Of a stretch of DNA of 39,220 bases, positions 15,461 through 25,100 are shown piece after piece. Position 1 is the first letter of the stretch. Each line of letters begins with the position of its first letter. A program made the translations under genes and the position numbers. Below the pieces are notes generated by a model that saw only the letters and a program-made list of their open reading frames with translations, was not told the origin of the DNA and searched no databases. Origin of the DNA: a virus. Lineage: Duplodnaviria > Caudoviricetes. The DNA lies in IMG/VR virus record IMGVR_UViG_3300019877_000004, positions 1-39,220 of that record; one strand, 5' to 3'.

Positions 15461-15512
15461 ATGATATAGAGAGAAACTTGACCTCTCTTATTGGCCCCAT
15501 AGGCAATTGTGC

Positions 15513-15734
15513 TTATGGGGTTTTTTCATAGAAGCGGCGGATCATTTCCATGACGTCGACTTTCTTTTCTGTGACTTTGTCGATTAAGAAAGCTACTTTT
15601 CCGCTTGGTGATCTGTTGCCTGTTTTTAGGCGATAGAAGTGATCTCTTGTGATGCCTAGCATCTCCGCGAATTTCTTATCTGTGAACGATTTATCATTTT
15701 TCTTTTTAAAAAAAACATATTCGTCTAAATCCAT
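15513..15734 (-). CDS. Cro-like XRE helix-turn-helix regulator
   Basis: FAEMLGITRDHFYRLKTGNRSPS. Confidence 0.85.
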   Translation of the reverse strand: MDLDEYVFFKKKNDKSFTDKKFAEMLGITRDHFYRLKTGNRSPSGKVAFLIDKVTEKKVDVMEMIRRFYEKTP

Positions 15735-15760
15735 GGTTGTACCTTTGTGTTGGTATGGTC

Positions 15761-15789
15761 AGTGTATATTCAACGCCGATAAACGTCAA
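15761..15789 (-). promoter_or_regulatory. Early leftward promoter
   Basis: TTGACG-N17-TACACT. Confidence 0.75.
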
Positions 15790-15803
15790 TAGATGCGTAT
15801 GTG

Positions 15804-15832
15804 TTGACTTTAATAGCCGTATATGGTACGAT
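15804..15832 (+). promoter_or_regulatory. Early rightward promoter
   Basis: TTGACT-N17-TACGAT with TG extension. Confidence 0.75.
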
Positions 15833-15899
15833 AGTGTCTGTTTTGGGAAGCTACATGTGTGGCACGCCAAAGGAATAAAATAACAAAAGGAGAAAAAAG

Positions 15900-16730
15900 A
15901 TGAGTTTCTTACCACAAGGATATCAGGCGCCTAAGGGTGCTAGCTATTACACTAAGATCGCAGAAGGTGAAAACCGGGTGCGCATCTTATCAAAGCCTAT
16001 TTTCGGATGGGAGGACTGGCATGATAAGAAGCCGGTTAGATACCGCATGGATAACAAGCCTGTAAAGTCATACGACCCAAAGAAACCGGTGCGTCATTTT
16101 TGGGCGTTTATTGTGTTCAACCATCAAGAAGAGCAGATACAGATCATGCAGATCACGCAAGCGACGATACGCAAAAGCATTGAGTCGTTGTGTAATGACA
16201 AGGATTGGGGTTCTCCTTACGGCTATGACATTAAAATCATGAAGACGGGTGAAGGTACTGATACCGAGTATGCAGTCAACCCTGTGCCTCATAAACCCAT
16301 AGATCCGTATATCGTCACATGCTTCAACGAAAGGCCGATTAACCTAGAAGCGTTATTCGACGGGGAAGATCCGTTTACGGTTGATGGTGGCAAGTTTACC
16401 AAGATGGCGTCTGTTGAGGATGACGGACCATCAGTGCATGAGGCTAAGCTAGTGCCAAGTAAGAAGATCGTGGACATTAAGGACAAAACGGCCAGAAAGC
16501 AGGAGATAACTGACGTAGAAGCCGAACAAATTGGTGAACTGCTTTCTGAATGTTCAGAGGATTTTGTGGCGACTGTGCATGACTTTATGGTTAAGCAAGA
16601 AATAAGCACCTATCGCGATTTCCCTAGAGAGGCATACGATAGACTTAAGAAGAAAGCTTTGATAGAAAAGGCAAAAGTGTATAATAAAAATATAAACACA
16701 GAGGCGCAAAATGACCTTTCAGCTGATTGA
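15900..16730 (+). CDS. ssDNA-binding/annealing protein (gp32-like OB fold inferred)
   Basis: GENRVRIL and YDIKIMKTGEGTDTEYAVNP patterns; precedes the exonuclease. Confidence 0.55.
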   Translation: MSFLPQGYQAPKGASYYTKIAEGENRVRILSKPIFGWEDWHDKKPVRYRMDNKPVKSYDPKKPVRHFWAFIVFNHQEEQIQIMQITQATIRKSIESLCNDKDWGSPYGYDIKIMKTGEGTDTEYAVNPVPHKPIDPYIVTCFNERPINLEALFDGEDPFTVDGGKFTKMASVEDDGPSVHEAKLVPSKKIVDIKDKTARKQEITDVEAEQIGELLSECSEDFVATVHDFMVKQEISTYRDFPREAYDRLKKKALIEKAKVYNKNINTEAQNDLSAD

Positions 16731-17577
16731 CCTAAAGCAAGGTACCCAAGACTGGTTAGACTTTAGGAAACAACACATAGGGGCGAGTGACGCCCCTGTG
16801 ATTATGAATGAGAGCCCATGGAAAACGCCATACAAATTATGGCAAGAGAAGCTTGGTTTGTCTAACTCACAATACACAAGCGCTGCGATGCGTCGCGGTA
16901 TTGATTTAGAGGAAAGGGCGAGACAGAAGTATATCGAGATGACAGGTATACATGTAGAGCCGGCCGTTGCTAAGAGTTTAGAACATCCTTTCATGGTGGC
17001 AAGCTTTGACGGGATATCTAAAGATAACAAGAGTATCGTAGAAATCAAATGCCCAGGGGAGGAAGACCATGGTTTGGCGGTTAATAACAAAATTCCAAAA
17101 AAGTATATCTATCAACTTATCCAGCAAATGCTCGTTGCCGACGCGAACAGAATCCATTATTTTAGCTATCGTAGCGATGGTGATGTTGCTCTGGTCGATC
17201 TATCTTTGTCAGATGTAAAAGAAGAGGCCAAGAGATTAATCACAGAAGAGAAGCGTTTCTGGAAATGCCTTCAGAACTTCGAAGAGCCGGCTTTAATAGA
17301 TAGAGATTACATCAAGATGGATAGCCAAGAATGGGCTAAATTGATGAATAACTTCCAATTGAGCAGAGAACAACGAAAGTTATTTGAAAGCGAAGAAGAT
17401 AAATATATGGAACAATTAATAGCCATGGCCGAGGGAAGAAATTGTAAGGGGGCTGGTTTTACCTTAACGCGCTATATGCGAAAAGGGACAGTTGAATACG
17501 CAAAGATCCCAGAGATCGAAGGTGTTAATTTAGATGCTTATCGCAAGAAACCAGTTGAGTGTTGGCGGATTATTTAA
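16711..17577 (+). CDS. YqaJ / lambda-exonuclease family protein
   Basis: WL..R...IGASD, RGIDLE, ASFDG, VEIKCP, Q..QQM. Confidence 0.92.
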   Translation: MTFQLIDLKQGTQDWLDFRKQHIGASDAPVIMNESPWKTPYKLWQEKLGLSNSQYTSAAMRRGIDLEERARQKYIEMTGIHVEPAVAKSLEHPFMVASFDGISKDNKSIVEIKCPGEEDHGLAVNNKIPKKYIYQLIQQMLVADANRIHYFSYRSDGDVALVDLSLSDVKEEAKRLITEEKRFWKCLQNFEEPALIDRDYIKMDSQEWAKLMNNFQLSREQRKLFESEEDKYMEQLIAMAEGRNCKGAGFTLTRYMRKGTVEYAKIPEIEGVNLDAYRKKPVECWRII

Positions 17578-17965
17578 GAATACTCGCGGCTATCTGTTCG
17601 GAGTCAATACCTGCATATGAAGCAAGTTCATAGAGCTTGCTTGTGTAATAAGGGCTATCGGAATCCTTTAGCTCTTTTAGCATTTTTAGCTCATCGGGAT
17701 GAACATATACCGCGTCTTTGGGTATTTTGGCCTTTACCGTGGCCGCTGTAATGATTTCGCGATGTGGATCAATAGGAACGTATAGTGATGGCATTCCTTC
17801 AGGAATGACCTTTACATGTCGGTATTCGATATGGTTACCCATATGCATTTCGCCATCGGTATAAACACATTCGATACGCCTGATGCATTTTTCATCGAAT
17901 TCAAAGGTGACCAAGCGATCTGGATACATTTTCTTAAAGGCATCTTGTGCTTCGTAATAGTTCAT
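17570..17965 (-). CDS. Hypothetical protein, possible fibre assembly chaperone
   Basis: 131 aa directly after the tailspike; SD GAGGA. Confidence 0.6.
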   Translation of the reverse strand: MNYYEAQDAFKKMYPDRLVTFEFDEKCIRRIECVYTDGEMHMGNHIEYRHVKVIPEGMPSLYVPIDPHREIITAATVKAKIPKDAVYVHPDELKMLKELKDSDSPYYTSKLYELASYAGIDSEQIAASILK

Positions 17966-17980
17966 GAATGATCCTCTTTT

Positions 17981-19351
17981 TCATACTTGATAGGTTAGAT
18001 TATAATCAAAAGTAGTCGCTGTGTTGACAATAGTCAGCAAAGCGGCTGTTTTTGTGGAACCGTTCTGTATAATGGCTCCAGTTATAGCATTTAAATTCCC
18101 TTGGAGCATTGTAGATGTATAGCCAGCTGTCCAAGTGTAACCAGCTGAACTGAAGTCAAATGGACCTATAGGATTACCATTAGTTTGGTTCTTAATGGTT
18201 GCCGGGAAACCGCCTACGCTAACATTTCCTGTAGCAGAAGTGATCGCTGATAGGGCAACAATAGCAATGATATGCATGATATTGCCGATCTGAGTATAAT
18301 AACCATTTTGGGCTGTGTATGTTGGCGTCCCTGCACCTGATGAGCCAAAGATGGTCGGTGTAAAGGTTCCTGTTAAATAGGTCGACATAACAGTTGTTCC
18401 ACCATCGAAGGAAATTCCGCCTACGTCAAAGTTTCTTGCTGTTTGAGTTGTGGTATTAATTAAAGAGCTTGTATCTATAAAAGATATTCCAGCGTTTCGT
18501 AATGTTCCGGCTCCTGTTATCGCATTAGTGTTCGTTGAGGCTATGGTGCTCAAAGATAGTGCCAAAGTGCAATTTACACTAATGGAAATAGCAGATCCAG
18601 ATCCAGAAGAGACTGCTGATTGTATTAATAAACAATTGGACCCAGTAGATCCATGAGTTATTCCAGTTGAATTTGTAAAACCAGAATATATTTCTGAATA
18701 ATGAAATTGAATAATCCCGGTGTTACTGCTTGTCCAAGGAAATTGGAAATAAGACCAAAAGGAATATAGAATGCCAGCAGCGCTAGAAGAAACTGTAGAA
18801 GCCGTGGATGAGGCTCCACTATTTAGAAAGGTTGAATTTATAATATAGAGAGGTCCACCACCGCTGTGGGCAACTAAGGTTATTCCTGTCGTTCCGATAT
18901 CCCCAGTACTATTCAAAATGTTTATACCAGACGTTGCGCTTGAAGATGAGAATGTGATTCCTGTATTGTTTGTGCAATTTAAGCAACAGCCAATCAGGTT
19001 CACTACAGATGCGGCCGATCCTGTAACAGCCAATAATGCAGCCGAATTAGTCTGTAATTGAATACCAGAAATGGAGACAGAGCCAATGGCGGTGAAGGTG
19101 CATGTTCCGCTGATAATAACCTTACCCGTTTGGTTTGCAGAAGAATCGCTTCCATAGGCCGTTAAGTTAACACCAGCTTTTAGAGTAAGGTTTTCTGTAT
19201 ATGTTCCTGGGCGTATAAAGATTGTGTCACCGCTCGACGAAGATGTTAGGGCCGCTGCAATCGTTGTGTGTGTACCATTAGCGGCTGACCCATCTACGAT
19301 GAACTTGGCTGGTCCATAGTTATTTGTCCCTAAGGCATGTGTAAATGTCAT
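17981..19351 (-). CDS. Tailspike/fibre with pectin-lyase-like beta-helix
   Basis: TIAAAL...GDTIFIRPGTYTENL cap; Ser/Thr/Gly/Ile beta repeats; C-terminal GTFTP...GYYTQIGN tip domain. Confidence 0.75.
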   Translation of the reverse strand: MTFTHALGTNNYGPAKFIVDGSAANGTHTTIAAALTSSSSGDTIFIRPGTYTENLTLKAGVNLTAYGSDSSANQTGKVIISGTCTFTAIGSVSISGIQLQTNSAALLAVTGSAASVVNLIGCCLNCTNNTGITFSSSSATSGINILNSTGDIGTTGITLVAHSGGGPLYIINSTFLNSGASSTASTVSSSAAGILYSFWSYFQFPWTSSNTGIIQFHYSEIYSGFTNSTGITHGSTGSNCLLIQSAVSSGSGSAISISVNCTLALSLSTIASTNTNAITGAGTLRNAGISFIDTSSLINTTTQTARNFDVGGISFDGGTTVMSTYLTGTFTPTIFGSSGAGTPTYTAQNGYYTQIGNIMHIIAIVALSAITSATGNVSVGGFPATIKNQTNGNPIGPFDFSSAGYTWTAGYTSTMLQGNLNAITGAIIQNGSTKTAALLTIVNTATTFDYNLTYQV

Positions 19352-19361
19352 ATCATATTCC

Positions 19362-20294
19362 TTATGCTATTAACCATGTTCCTATCACTGAGACAGCATA
19401 AAAAAATCCGTCGGTGGCATTAAAACGCAATGTAAGACTATCCCCAATTGCTGTAGAGGTTGCGGTTCCTGCGGCAGCTGTTATAAGAGAACCAACGCGT
19501 ATTTTCTGGGCTGTAACGGACTGGATAACGAGTGCGTTTGCTGTTGTGCATACGTAGATGAATAGATCACCATCTGCCAAACCGGCACTTGCTGGAAGCG
19601 TTCTAGTAACGGCTGCTGTTACGAATTCGCCTGTGTTTAGGGAGCTTGTTGCGCTTGATCCTACTTGTGAAAAAGGGGGAGATTTAACAGTTAGTGTGCT
19701 TCCTGATCCAGACGTCTTACTTCCCGAAAGGCCTAAGATGTTCCAGTTATTAGCAGTAGGCGATAGGGCGCCTCCTGAGTCGCCAGTTATCGTCTTACCG
19801 GCACCAGTAGAGCTTAATGTGACAAATCCTGTTACGGCGACAGCAAAATCCGTGCTGCTGAAGTTAGAAATTCCAAGCTTTGTTATATCGGCGGCTGCAA
19901 TTGCTTGGCTTCGTTGAACGTTTACAGTTAGAGTATTTCCTGCGCCTGCTGTCGAGACAGGGTTGGTTCCGGCTCCCGTTACCGAGCCGAATATATTCCA
20001 GTTACCAGCAAGTGGGCTTATCGCGCCTCCGCTGTCACCAGTTATTGTTTTGCCTACAGATGATCCGTTGACGACTAGTGTGATGTTTGGTGTTGAGTAA
20101 CCAATTGTGATTGAGCTATCTGTTGAGGTTATAGACCCTACGTTTATATGGGTGCTACCGGCGTTTAAAGCTGTTGACCCAATCCAGAGTTTGCCATTTG
20201 TGATTAAACCGTTTGATTCGGAAGCATTCTGATTATCAATAGAAGAAAAATCACCGTTTTTTGCGAATACTACATCATTGTCAAAGCCTGCCAT
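19362..20294 (-). CDS. Tail fibre protein
   Basis: Duplicated GKTITGDSGGA(I/L)SP.A.NWNI; Gly/Ser/Thr-rich. Confidence 0.7.
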   Translation of the reverse strand: MAGFDNDVVFAKNGDFSSIDNQNASESNGLITNGKLWIGSTALNAGSTHINVGSITSTDSSITIGYSTPNITLVVNGSSVGKTITGDSGGAISPLAGNWNIFGSVTGAGTNPVSTAGAGNTLTVNVQRSQAIAAADITKLGISNFSSTDFAVAVTGFVTLSSTGAGKTITGDSGGALSPTANNWNILGLSGSKTSGSGSTLTVKSPPFSQVGSSATSSLNTGEFVTAAVTRTLPASAGLADGDLFIYVCTTANALVIQSVTAQKIRVGSLITAAAGTATSTAIGDSLTLRFNATDGFFYAVSVIGTWLIA

Positions 20295-20297
20295 ATT

Positions 20298-20849
20298 TTA
20301 CAGTCCTATAAATGTATATAGAGCAACACCGCTCCAATTTATTGTTTGGGCCGCATATCCTACACCATTGATAAGGATGTTTGCTCCCGACACTGTAATG
20401 CTAGCATTAGCTGATGTCATTGTTCCTTCTTCACCAACAATCCTGTCCACAGTACCACATATATTTGATGCAGCTCCGTCAAAACGAACAGCTCCAAAAA
20501 GGCTATATCCAGCACCAAGAGATCCTGTTGTATTATATGCCGAAATGCGCGCTTCGATAGCATATGTTCCCGTTGCAGTTGGTGTGAACGTAATCATAGG
20601 AGAAGTAATTAACCCTACAGTTGTAACCGTTCCTTGCAATCTATTGGTAAGTTGAATAGTTAGGGTATTGCTACCCGATGAGCCGTCGGTACGAACGCCG
20701 TTAACGTTGTTTGCTGTAGTATCATTACCTAGAACGTTTAAGATGTTAGCCGTTGGGATTGCTGGGCTATTAACATCGGTTACATATGAGGTAGCTACTA
20801 TAGGAGGTACTGGGCCTGATGAAGTGCTTATAATCCCTGCTTGGCTCAT
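20298..20849 (-). CDS. Virion/tail fibre-associated protein
   Basis: Beta-rich 183 aa; shares the G...NTLT motif with its neighbour. Confidence 0.65.
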   Translation of the reverse strand: MSQAGIISTSSGPVPPIVATSYVTDVNSPAIPTANILNVLGNDTTANNVNGVRTDGSSGSNTLTIQLTNRLQGTVTTVGLITSPMITFTPTATGTYAIEARISAYNTTGSLGAGYSLFGAVRFDGAASNICGTVDRIVGEEGTMTSANASITVSGANILINGVGYAAQTINWSGVALYTFIGL

Positions 20850-20859
20850 TACATCTTAC

Positions 20860-21192
20860 CTATTGTTGAATGATATATTGCGATACCAAATATACCGATC
20901 CTGTTCCTGCTGATCCTTTGACTAATATTTGGGTTCCTTGCGGTAAAGCAGGGTAGGCAGCATTAAGTCCTGCTTTACCTTCATCATAGAGCCAAAAAGA
21001 TGAAGCTGGGGCTACGTCCATATCGTTAATACCATCTATTGATATCGTCACAAGGACAGTAGAGTTATTCACTAGCTTGCATATATAGGAGGGGTGTAGA
21101 AGAGGAGTGCCTAAAGCTTGATACGAACCTGTGAAGGTTGCTGAGTCAATTGTCCTCAATGTTTCCCATGCTATACGTTGTGAATAACTCAT
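20860..21192 (-). CDS. Small beta-sandwich virion protein
   Basis: 110 aa in the fibre operon; SD GGAG. Confidence 0.65.
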   Translation of the reverse strand: MSYSQRIAWETLRTIDSATFTGSYQALGTPLLHPSYICKLVNNSTVLVTISIDGINDMDVAPASSFWLYDEGKAGLNAAYPALPQGTQILVKGSAGTGSVYLVSQYIIQQ

Positions 21193-21205
21193 CTAGTCTT
21201 TCTCC

Positions 21206-21436
21206 TTAACAGCAGTTGTCTTCAACGTGAATCACTTCATCTGAAGCCGTTTCTTGTTCTGGACTTTCCTCTTTCTTCTCTTCCTGTGCTCGTACTTGAT
21301 CTTCTACCAACCCAATATACTTTTGAAATTGGAAGATCATTTCCTTAGCTTCATGTAACTGGGTGTCCATATCGCAATAGAAGTGTCCTGTCTTTCCATT
21401 TACGATACACTCTAGTCTAGTGCAGTTTTTTAGCAT
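21206..21436 (-). CDS. Acidic hypothetical protein, possible fibre chaperone
   Basis: 76 aa; SD AAGGAGG overlapped by hairpin CCTTGG-CATA-CCAAGG. Confidence 0.65.
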   Translation of the reverse strand: MLKNCTRLECIVNGKTGHFYCDMDTQLHEAKEMIFQFQKYIGLVEDQVRAQEEKKEESPEQETASDEVIHVEDNCC

Positions 21437-21495
21437 CTAAAACCTCCTTGGTATGCCAAGGTCTGTTTACATACTTTAAAATTTTAACTCAACTA

Positions 21496-24339
21496 CTAGT
21501 TCATCACCCATCCGATTACTGTGATGTTCGATGTTGTTGTGGTCGCACCAGCGCCGTTCGTAAATGTCAATGTTGACTGACCGGCAGCGTTTACAACGCT
21601 CTTCAGGGATACGGCTGAACCAGTTGTTGTACCAAACCAGGTATACATAATATCTGTTGAAGCACCTGTAATTGTTGAGTTATTGATCACCAAAGCTTGA
21701 TCAGCAGATGCCGCAATCGAAACACCACTAAAGGCTACCTTAAAGTGTCTGTTGTTAGCTGTTTGAGGGCTTGCGCCTGCCACTACATCGGTTGGTGTTA
21801 CTAAGATACCGCCAACAAGTGACGCGATATCTGGTACTGTCACCCCGCTTGAGGTTGCACTTAAGCAGCGTCCTGTTCCTGATGCTGTGTTGATAGTAAG
21901 TCCAACAGCTGTTCCAGAGGCTAGTGTCATGGTTGTAGGGCCATTGTGAGCAATTGTTGTAGTCACTTGACCAATTATCACGGCGTGAGCTGCAACGCCA
22001 GTTGCGATATTTACGGCACCTGCACGAGTAGCTCCTGAGGCCAACAAGTTGAATGTTTGTGTACCGGCGGAAGCTGCACCGTTCATGATGTTCAAGGTTG
22101 TGCTTGCACCAGGTGTTGTACCATTAAGAATGTTAACTATGTTAGCGCCTGCGTTAGATGTACCGCATAGAACTTGAACTGTTTGGCCGGTTGCGTTTGT
22201 AGCAGCACCGACGGTGATTGTTCCTGTTCCTGCTGTACCGCCTAGTGTGATCGTTCCTGAGGTTAGCGCGTTACCGATCGTCACTGATCCAGTTGTTTGG
22301 GTATTACCGATCGTGATTACGTTTGCAGCCGTTCCCCCGATAGCAATTGTCTTAGCGCCTGTTCCACCAGTACCGATATTAACGGCCATCGCGTTTGTTC
22401 CTGTGGCCAGGTTAAACACTTGAGTACCGCCTGAGGCGTTACCAGAGAATACGTTTACTGTTTGTGTACCAGCTGATGGAGCGCCACCAAGGATTGTTAC
22501 GGTGTCATCTTGAGCCGAGTTACCACCTGCGATTGTAGTTACACGAGCTGCTGCTGGGGCTACGTTAGCTATTCCAACAGTAGTTACACGCGCATTGCTA
22601 CCTAGGGCTAATATACCAACGCCTGCTGAACCAGAACCAGACAGAATATTAACCGTTGAGTCACCAGCCGATGCACCATTTGCGATGTTGATAGTTTGAG
22701 CCGTGCTGTTAATTCCGTTACCCATGTTCACGGTCAGTCCACCAGCGATTGTGTTACCCAAGTTAAGAACTTGTGTACCGCCTGTGGCTGTTCCTGAAAG
22801 GATACTTACTGTTTGTGTGTTAGCTGAAGGAGCGCCGTTAAGAATATTAACAGTATCGTTCTGGGCTGAGTTCCCACCTGCTATTGTGATTGTTCTTGCG
22901 GCAGCTGGTGCTACGTTACCGATACCGATAGTAGTTACGCGGGTATTGCTACCAAGAGCTAATACGCCTGCGCCTGCTGTACCTGTTCCGGAAAGGATGC
23001 TTACGGTGCTGTTAGCACCTGAGTTTCCGTTAGCAATGGATACTGATTGAGCAGTTGTATTAATACCATTTCCGATAGTGATTGCGTTACCATCAACACC
23101 ATTACCGATTCCGATTGTTTTTAGACCACCTAGGTTTGCGATCGCAATTGTCTGTGCTGCTGTCGATGCAGAAATCGTGATGGTACCTGTTTGAGCACCT
23201 GTACCACCGACAGAAATTGTGCCGGTAATCATACCAGCACCTATTGAGACAGAGCCCGCATTTTGCACATCGGCGATTGTTAATGTTGTAGCGCCAGATC
23301 CGTTTGCGATTTTTAGAGCGTTCGAACCAGAAGATGAGCCAAGAACCATATCTCCTGTTTGAGCTGTACCGCCAATTGTTATTGATCCAGAAGTGGTCGC
23401 TGCGCCAACAGTATAGATAGAAGTTGCTGCGCCGTTTAAGGCGAAGTTACCTGTACCCACTAGAAGAGAGATACCAGATGTTGATGAAACGCTACCGAGA
23501 GTAAGTACATTAGAAACTGCGCCCGTTCCGATATTGACTGCTTTGGCTGAACCAGCACCACCAGCGATATTAACGGTGGTTGCGCCAGTGCCCGCGCCGA
23601 TCGCTACAATGTTCGTTCCTGAAGAAGAACCAAGGGTCATTGTGCCCGTTTGAGCGGTTCCACCGATTGTGATTGTTCCGGTTGTGGTAGAGGCACCAAC
23701 TGCATAAGTTGAAGTGGCTGCACCATCAAGAGCAAAGTTACCTGTACCAACCGACAAAACAATCGCAGCTGCGCCGCCTGTATTACCGATTGTGGTGACA
23801 ATACCGCTTCCGTTTCCGATCGTGGTTGTGTTGTTTGATGTGAGTGTTGTGAATGCACCAGCTGCCGGTGTTGTTCCGCCAGTTGCCGGAGGAGCAGCAA
23901 AAACAGCTGCTAGGTTACTTGGTTGAATGGCTAGCGCTGTTACGCCGGGCACGGTGGCTGTTCCTGCCACGGCCTGCGCATCGGTTGATAGGTTAGTGAT
24001 ACCAGTAACGCCAGTTTGTGCGATATTCGCGCCAGCCAACACCAAAGATTGTCCGTAGTCATAAACGGCCTTTGCATAAGGAACCAGAGTTGTCGATGCT
24101 TGGTCTGTTACAACGTTAGAGGATAGTTGGACAATACCTGGAGTAGTTGTCGTAGCATAAGCGTTACCGCCAGACTGCCAGGTTTGACCGTTATAGATAT
24201 ATTCTGTTGGAGGAGTGGTAGAGGTGTCAAAATATTGTTGTCCCAAATCACCTCTAAAAGTACTTGCTGGAGCACCTTGGCCAGATACAGCACCTTGAGG
24301 AACGCTTACAAAACCTGCTAAACCATATGCAAAAGGCAT
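21496..24339 (-). CDS. 947-aa beta-solenoid fibre/adhesin
   Basis: ATTTTPGIVQLSS tail-fibre repeat; long Gly/Thr/Ala/Asn repeats with internal duplications; SD AGGAG. Confidence 0.75.
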   Translation of the reverse strand: MPFAYGLAGFVSVPQGAVSGQGAPASTFRGDLGQQYFDTSTTPPTEYIYNGQTWQSGGNAYATTTTPGIVQLSSNVVTDQASTTLVPYAKAVYDYGQSLVLAGANIAQTGVTGITNLSTDAQAVAGTATVPGVTALAIQPSNLAAVFAAPPATGGTTPAAGAFTTLTSNNTTTIGNGSGIVTTIGNTGGAAAIVLSVGTGNFALDGAATSTYAVGASTTTGTITIGGTAQTGTMTLGSSSGTNIVAIGAGTGATTVNIAGGAGSAKAVNIGTGAVSNVLTLGSVSSTSGISLLVGTGNFALNGAATSIYTVGAATTSGSITIGGTAQTGDMVLGSSSGSNALKIANGSGATTLTIADVQNAGSVSIGAGMITGTISVGGTGAQTGTITISASTAAQTIAIANLGGLKTIGIGNGVDGNAITIGNGINTTAQSVSIANGNSGANSTVSILSGTGTAGAGVLALGSNTRVTTIGIGNVAPAAARTITIAGGNSAQNDTVNILNGAPSANTQTVSILSGTATGGTQVLNLGNTIAGGLTVNMGNGINSTAQTINIANGASAGDSTVNILSGSGSAGVGILALGSNARVTTVGIANVAPAAARVTTIAGGNSAQDDTVTILGGAPSAGTQTVNVFSGNASGGTQVFNLATGTNAMAVNIGTGGTGAKTIAIGGTAANVITIGNTQTTGSVTIGNALTSGTITLGGTAGTGTITVGAATNATGQTVQVLCGTSNAGANIVNILNGTTPGASTTLNIMNGAASAGTQTFNLLASGATRAGAVNIATGVAAHAVIIGQVTTTIAHNGPTTMTLASGTAVGLTINTASGTGRCLSATSSGVTVPDIASLVGGILVTPTDVVAGASPQTANNRHFKVAFSGVSIAASADQALVINNSTITGASTDIMYTWFGTTTGSAVSLKSVVNAAGQSTLTFTNGAGATTTTSNITVIGWVMN

Positions 24340-24364
24340 GACTAAACTCCTGTTTGTGTCTTTA

Positions 24365-24398
24365 GGCTCACAATGAATTAATTATTTAATATAGTCAA
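24365..24398 (-). promoter_or_regulatory. Promoter for the fibre operon
   Basis: TTGACT-N17-CATTGT-GAGCC; resembles the portal promoter. Confidence 0.6.
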
Positions 24399-24424
24399 TA
24401 CACAAATCTTTATTTCCCTTTCCG

Positions 24425-24453
24425 TTGACTTTAATTACAAACAGTGATATCAT
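24425..24453 (+). promoter_or_regulatory. Promoter for the accessory operon
   Basis: TTGACT-N17-TATCAT with TG extension; shares GTTGACTTTAAT with 15803. Confidence 0.75.
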
Positions 24454-24467
24454 AAGGCTAATAGGAT

Positions 24468-24764
24468 GTGATACATATGACTAATAAAAAATTTGAGTTT
24501 TATACCGTAGCCGAGCTGGCCGTTGTGCTAAAGGTGCACGTCAATACGATTTATCATGCTGTTCGCGTGGGTCGTATCAATGCACTACGAGTAAGCAATA
24601 GCAAGAAAGCCCCTATACGTATATTGAAGTCCGAAATAGAGCGTATGATGGCATATGATGGTGATAAGCTAATCGATAGGATGGTTCAGCAACGTATTAA
24701 GGAAAGAGGGCCTAGGAAGGCCCCCTCCATAGCAACGGGAGTTGAAAAAAAGGGAACAAGCTGA
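24468..24764 (+). CDS. HTH_17 (excisionase/MerR-like) DNA-binding protein
   Basis: FYTVAELAVVLKVHVNTIYHAVRVGRINALRV. Confidence 0.85.
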   Translation: MIHMTNKKFEFYTVAELAVVLKVHVNTIYHAVRVGRINALRVSNSKKAPIRILKSEIERMMAYDGDKLIDRMVQQRIKERGPRKAPSIATGVEKKGTS

Positions 24765-24808
24765 ATTATGCAGATTAAATTAATCAATGCAACGAAATAC
24801 GAGGAAAG

Positions 24809-25099
24809 ATGGCTACTATAAGCCCACGCGACTGGCACAACGTTATTTACTCAATCCAACTTAACAAAGAAGACTTTGGGGTATGGCCCGAGTACGATAA
24901 TGAGAGATTCATAAATGCGCGTGAAGATCTTTTGATGGGGTTTAAACACTTCCAAACGCGAATGGGTGAAAGTACTAGTGAAGAATACAAACTGAAACAA
25001 CGAAAGATAACACAGCGAAAAGATATGATAAGAGGCATTCGAGATCATATCTACGAGGTTGCTTTGGATAAAAGAAACAAAAGAAAAGGGGAAAGGTAA
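24809..25099 (+). CDS. Hypothetical protein
   Basis: 96 aa, SD GAGGA. Confidence 0.65.
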   Translation: MATISPRDWHNVIYSIQLNKEDFGVWPEYDNERFINAREDLLMGFKHFQTRMGESTSEEYKLKQRKITQRKDMIRGIRDHIYEVALDKRNKRKGER

Positions 25100-25100
25100 G

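Noticed and set aside
22214-24321. Antisense ORFs rich in Pro/Val/Ala in the ORF track (also opposite other virion genes)
   Set aside because: Shadows of Gly/Thr/Asn codon usage on the coding strand; no SDs or domains
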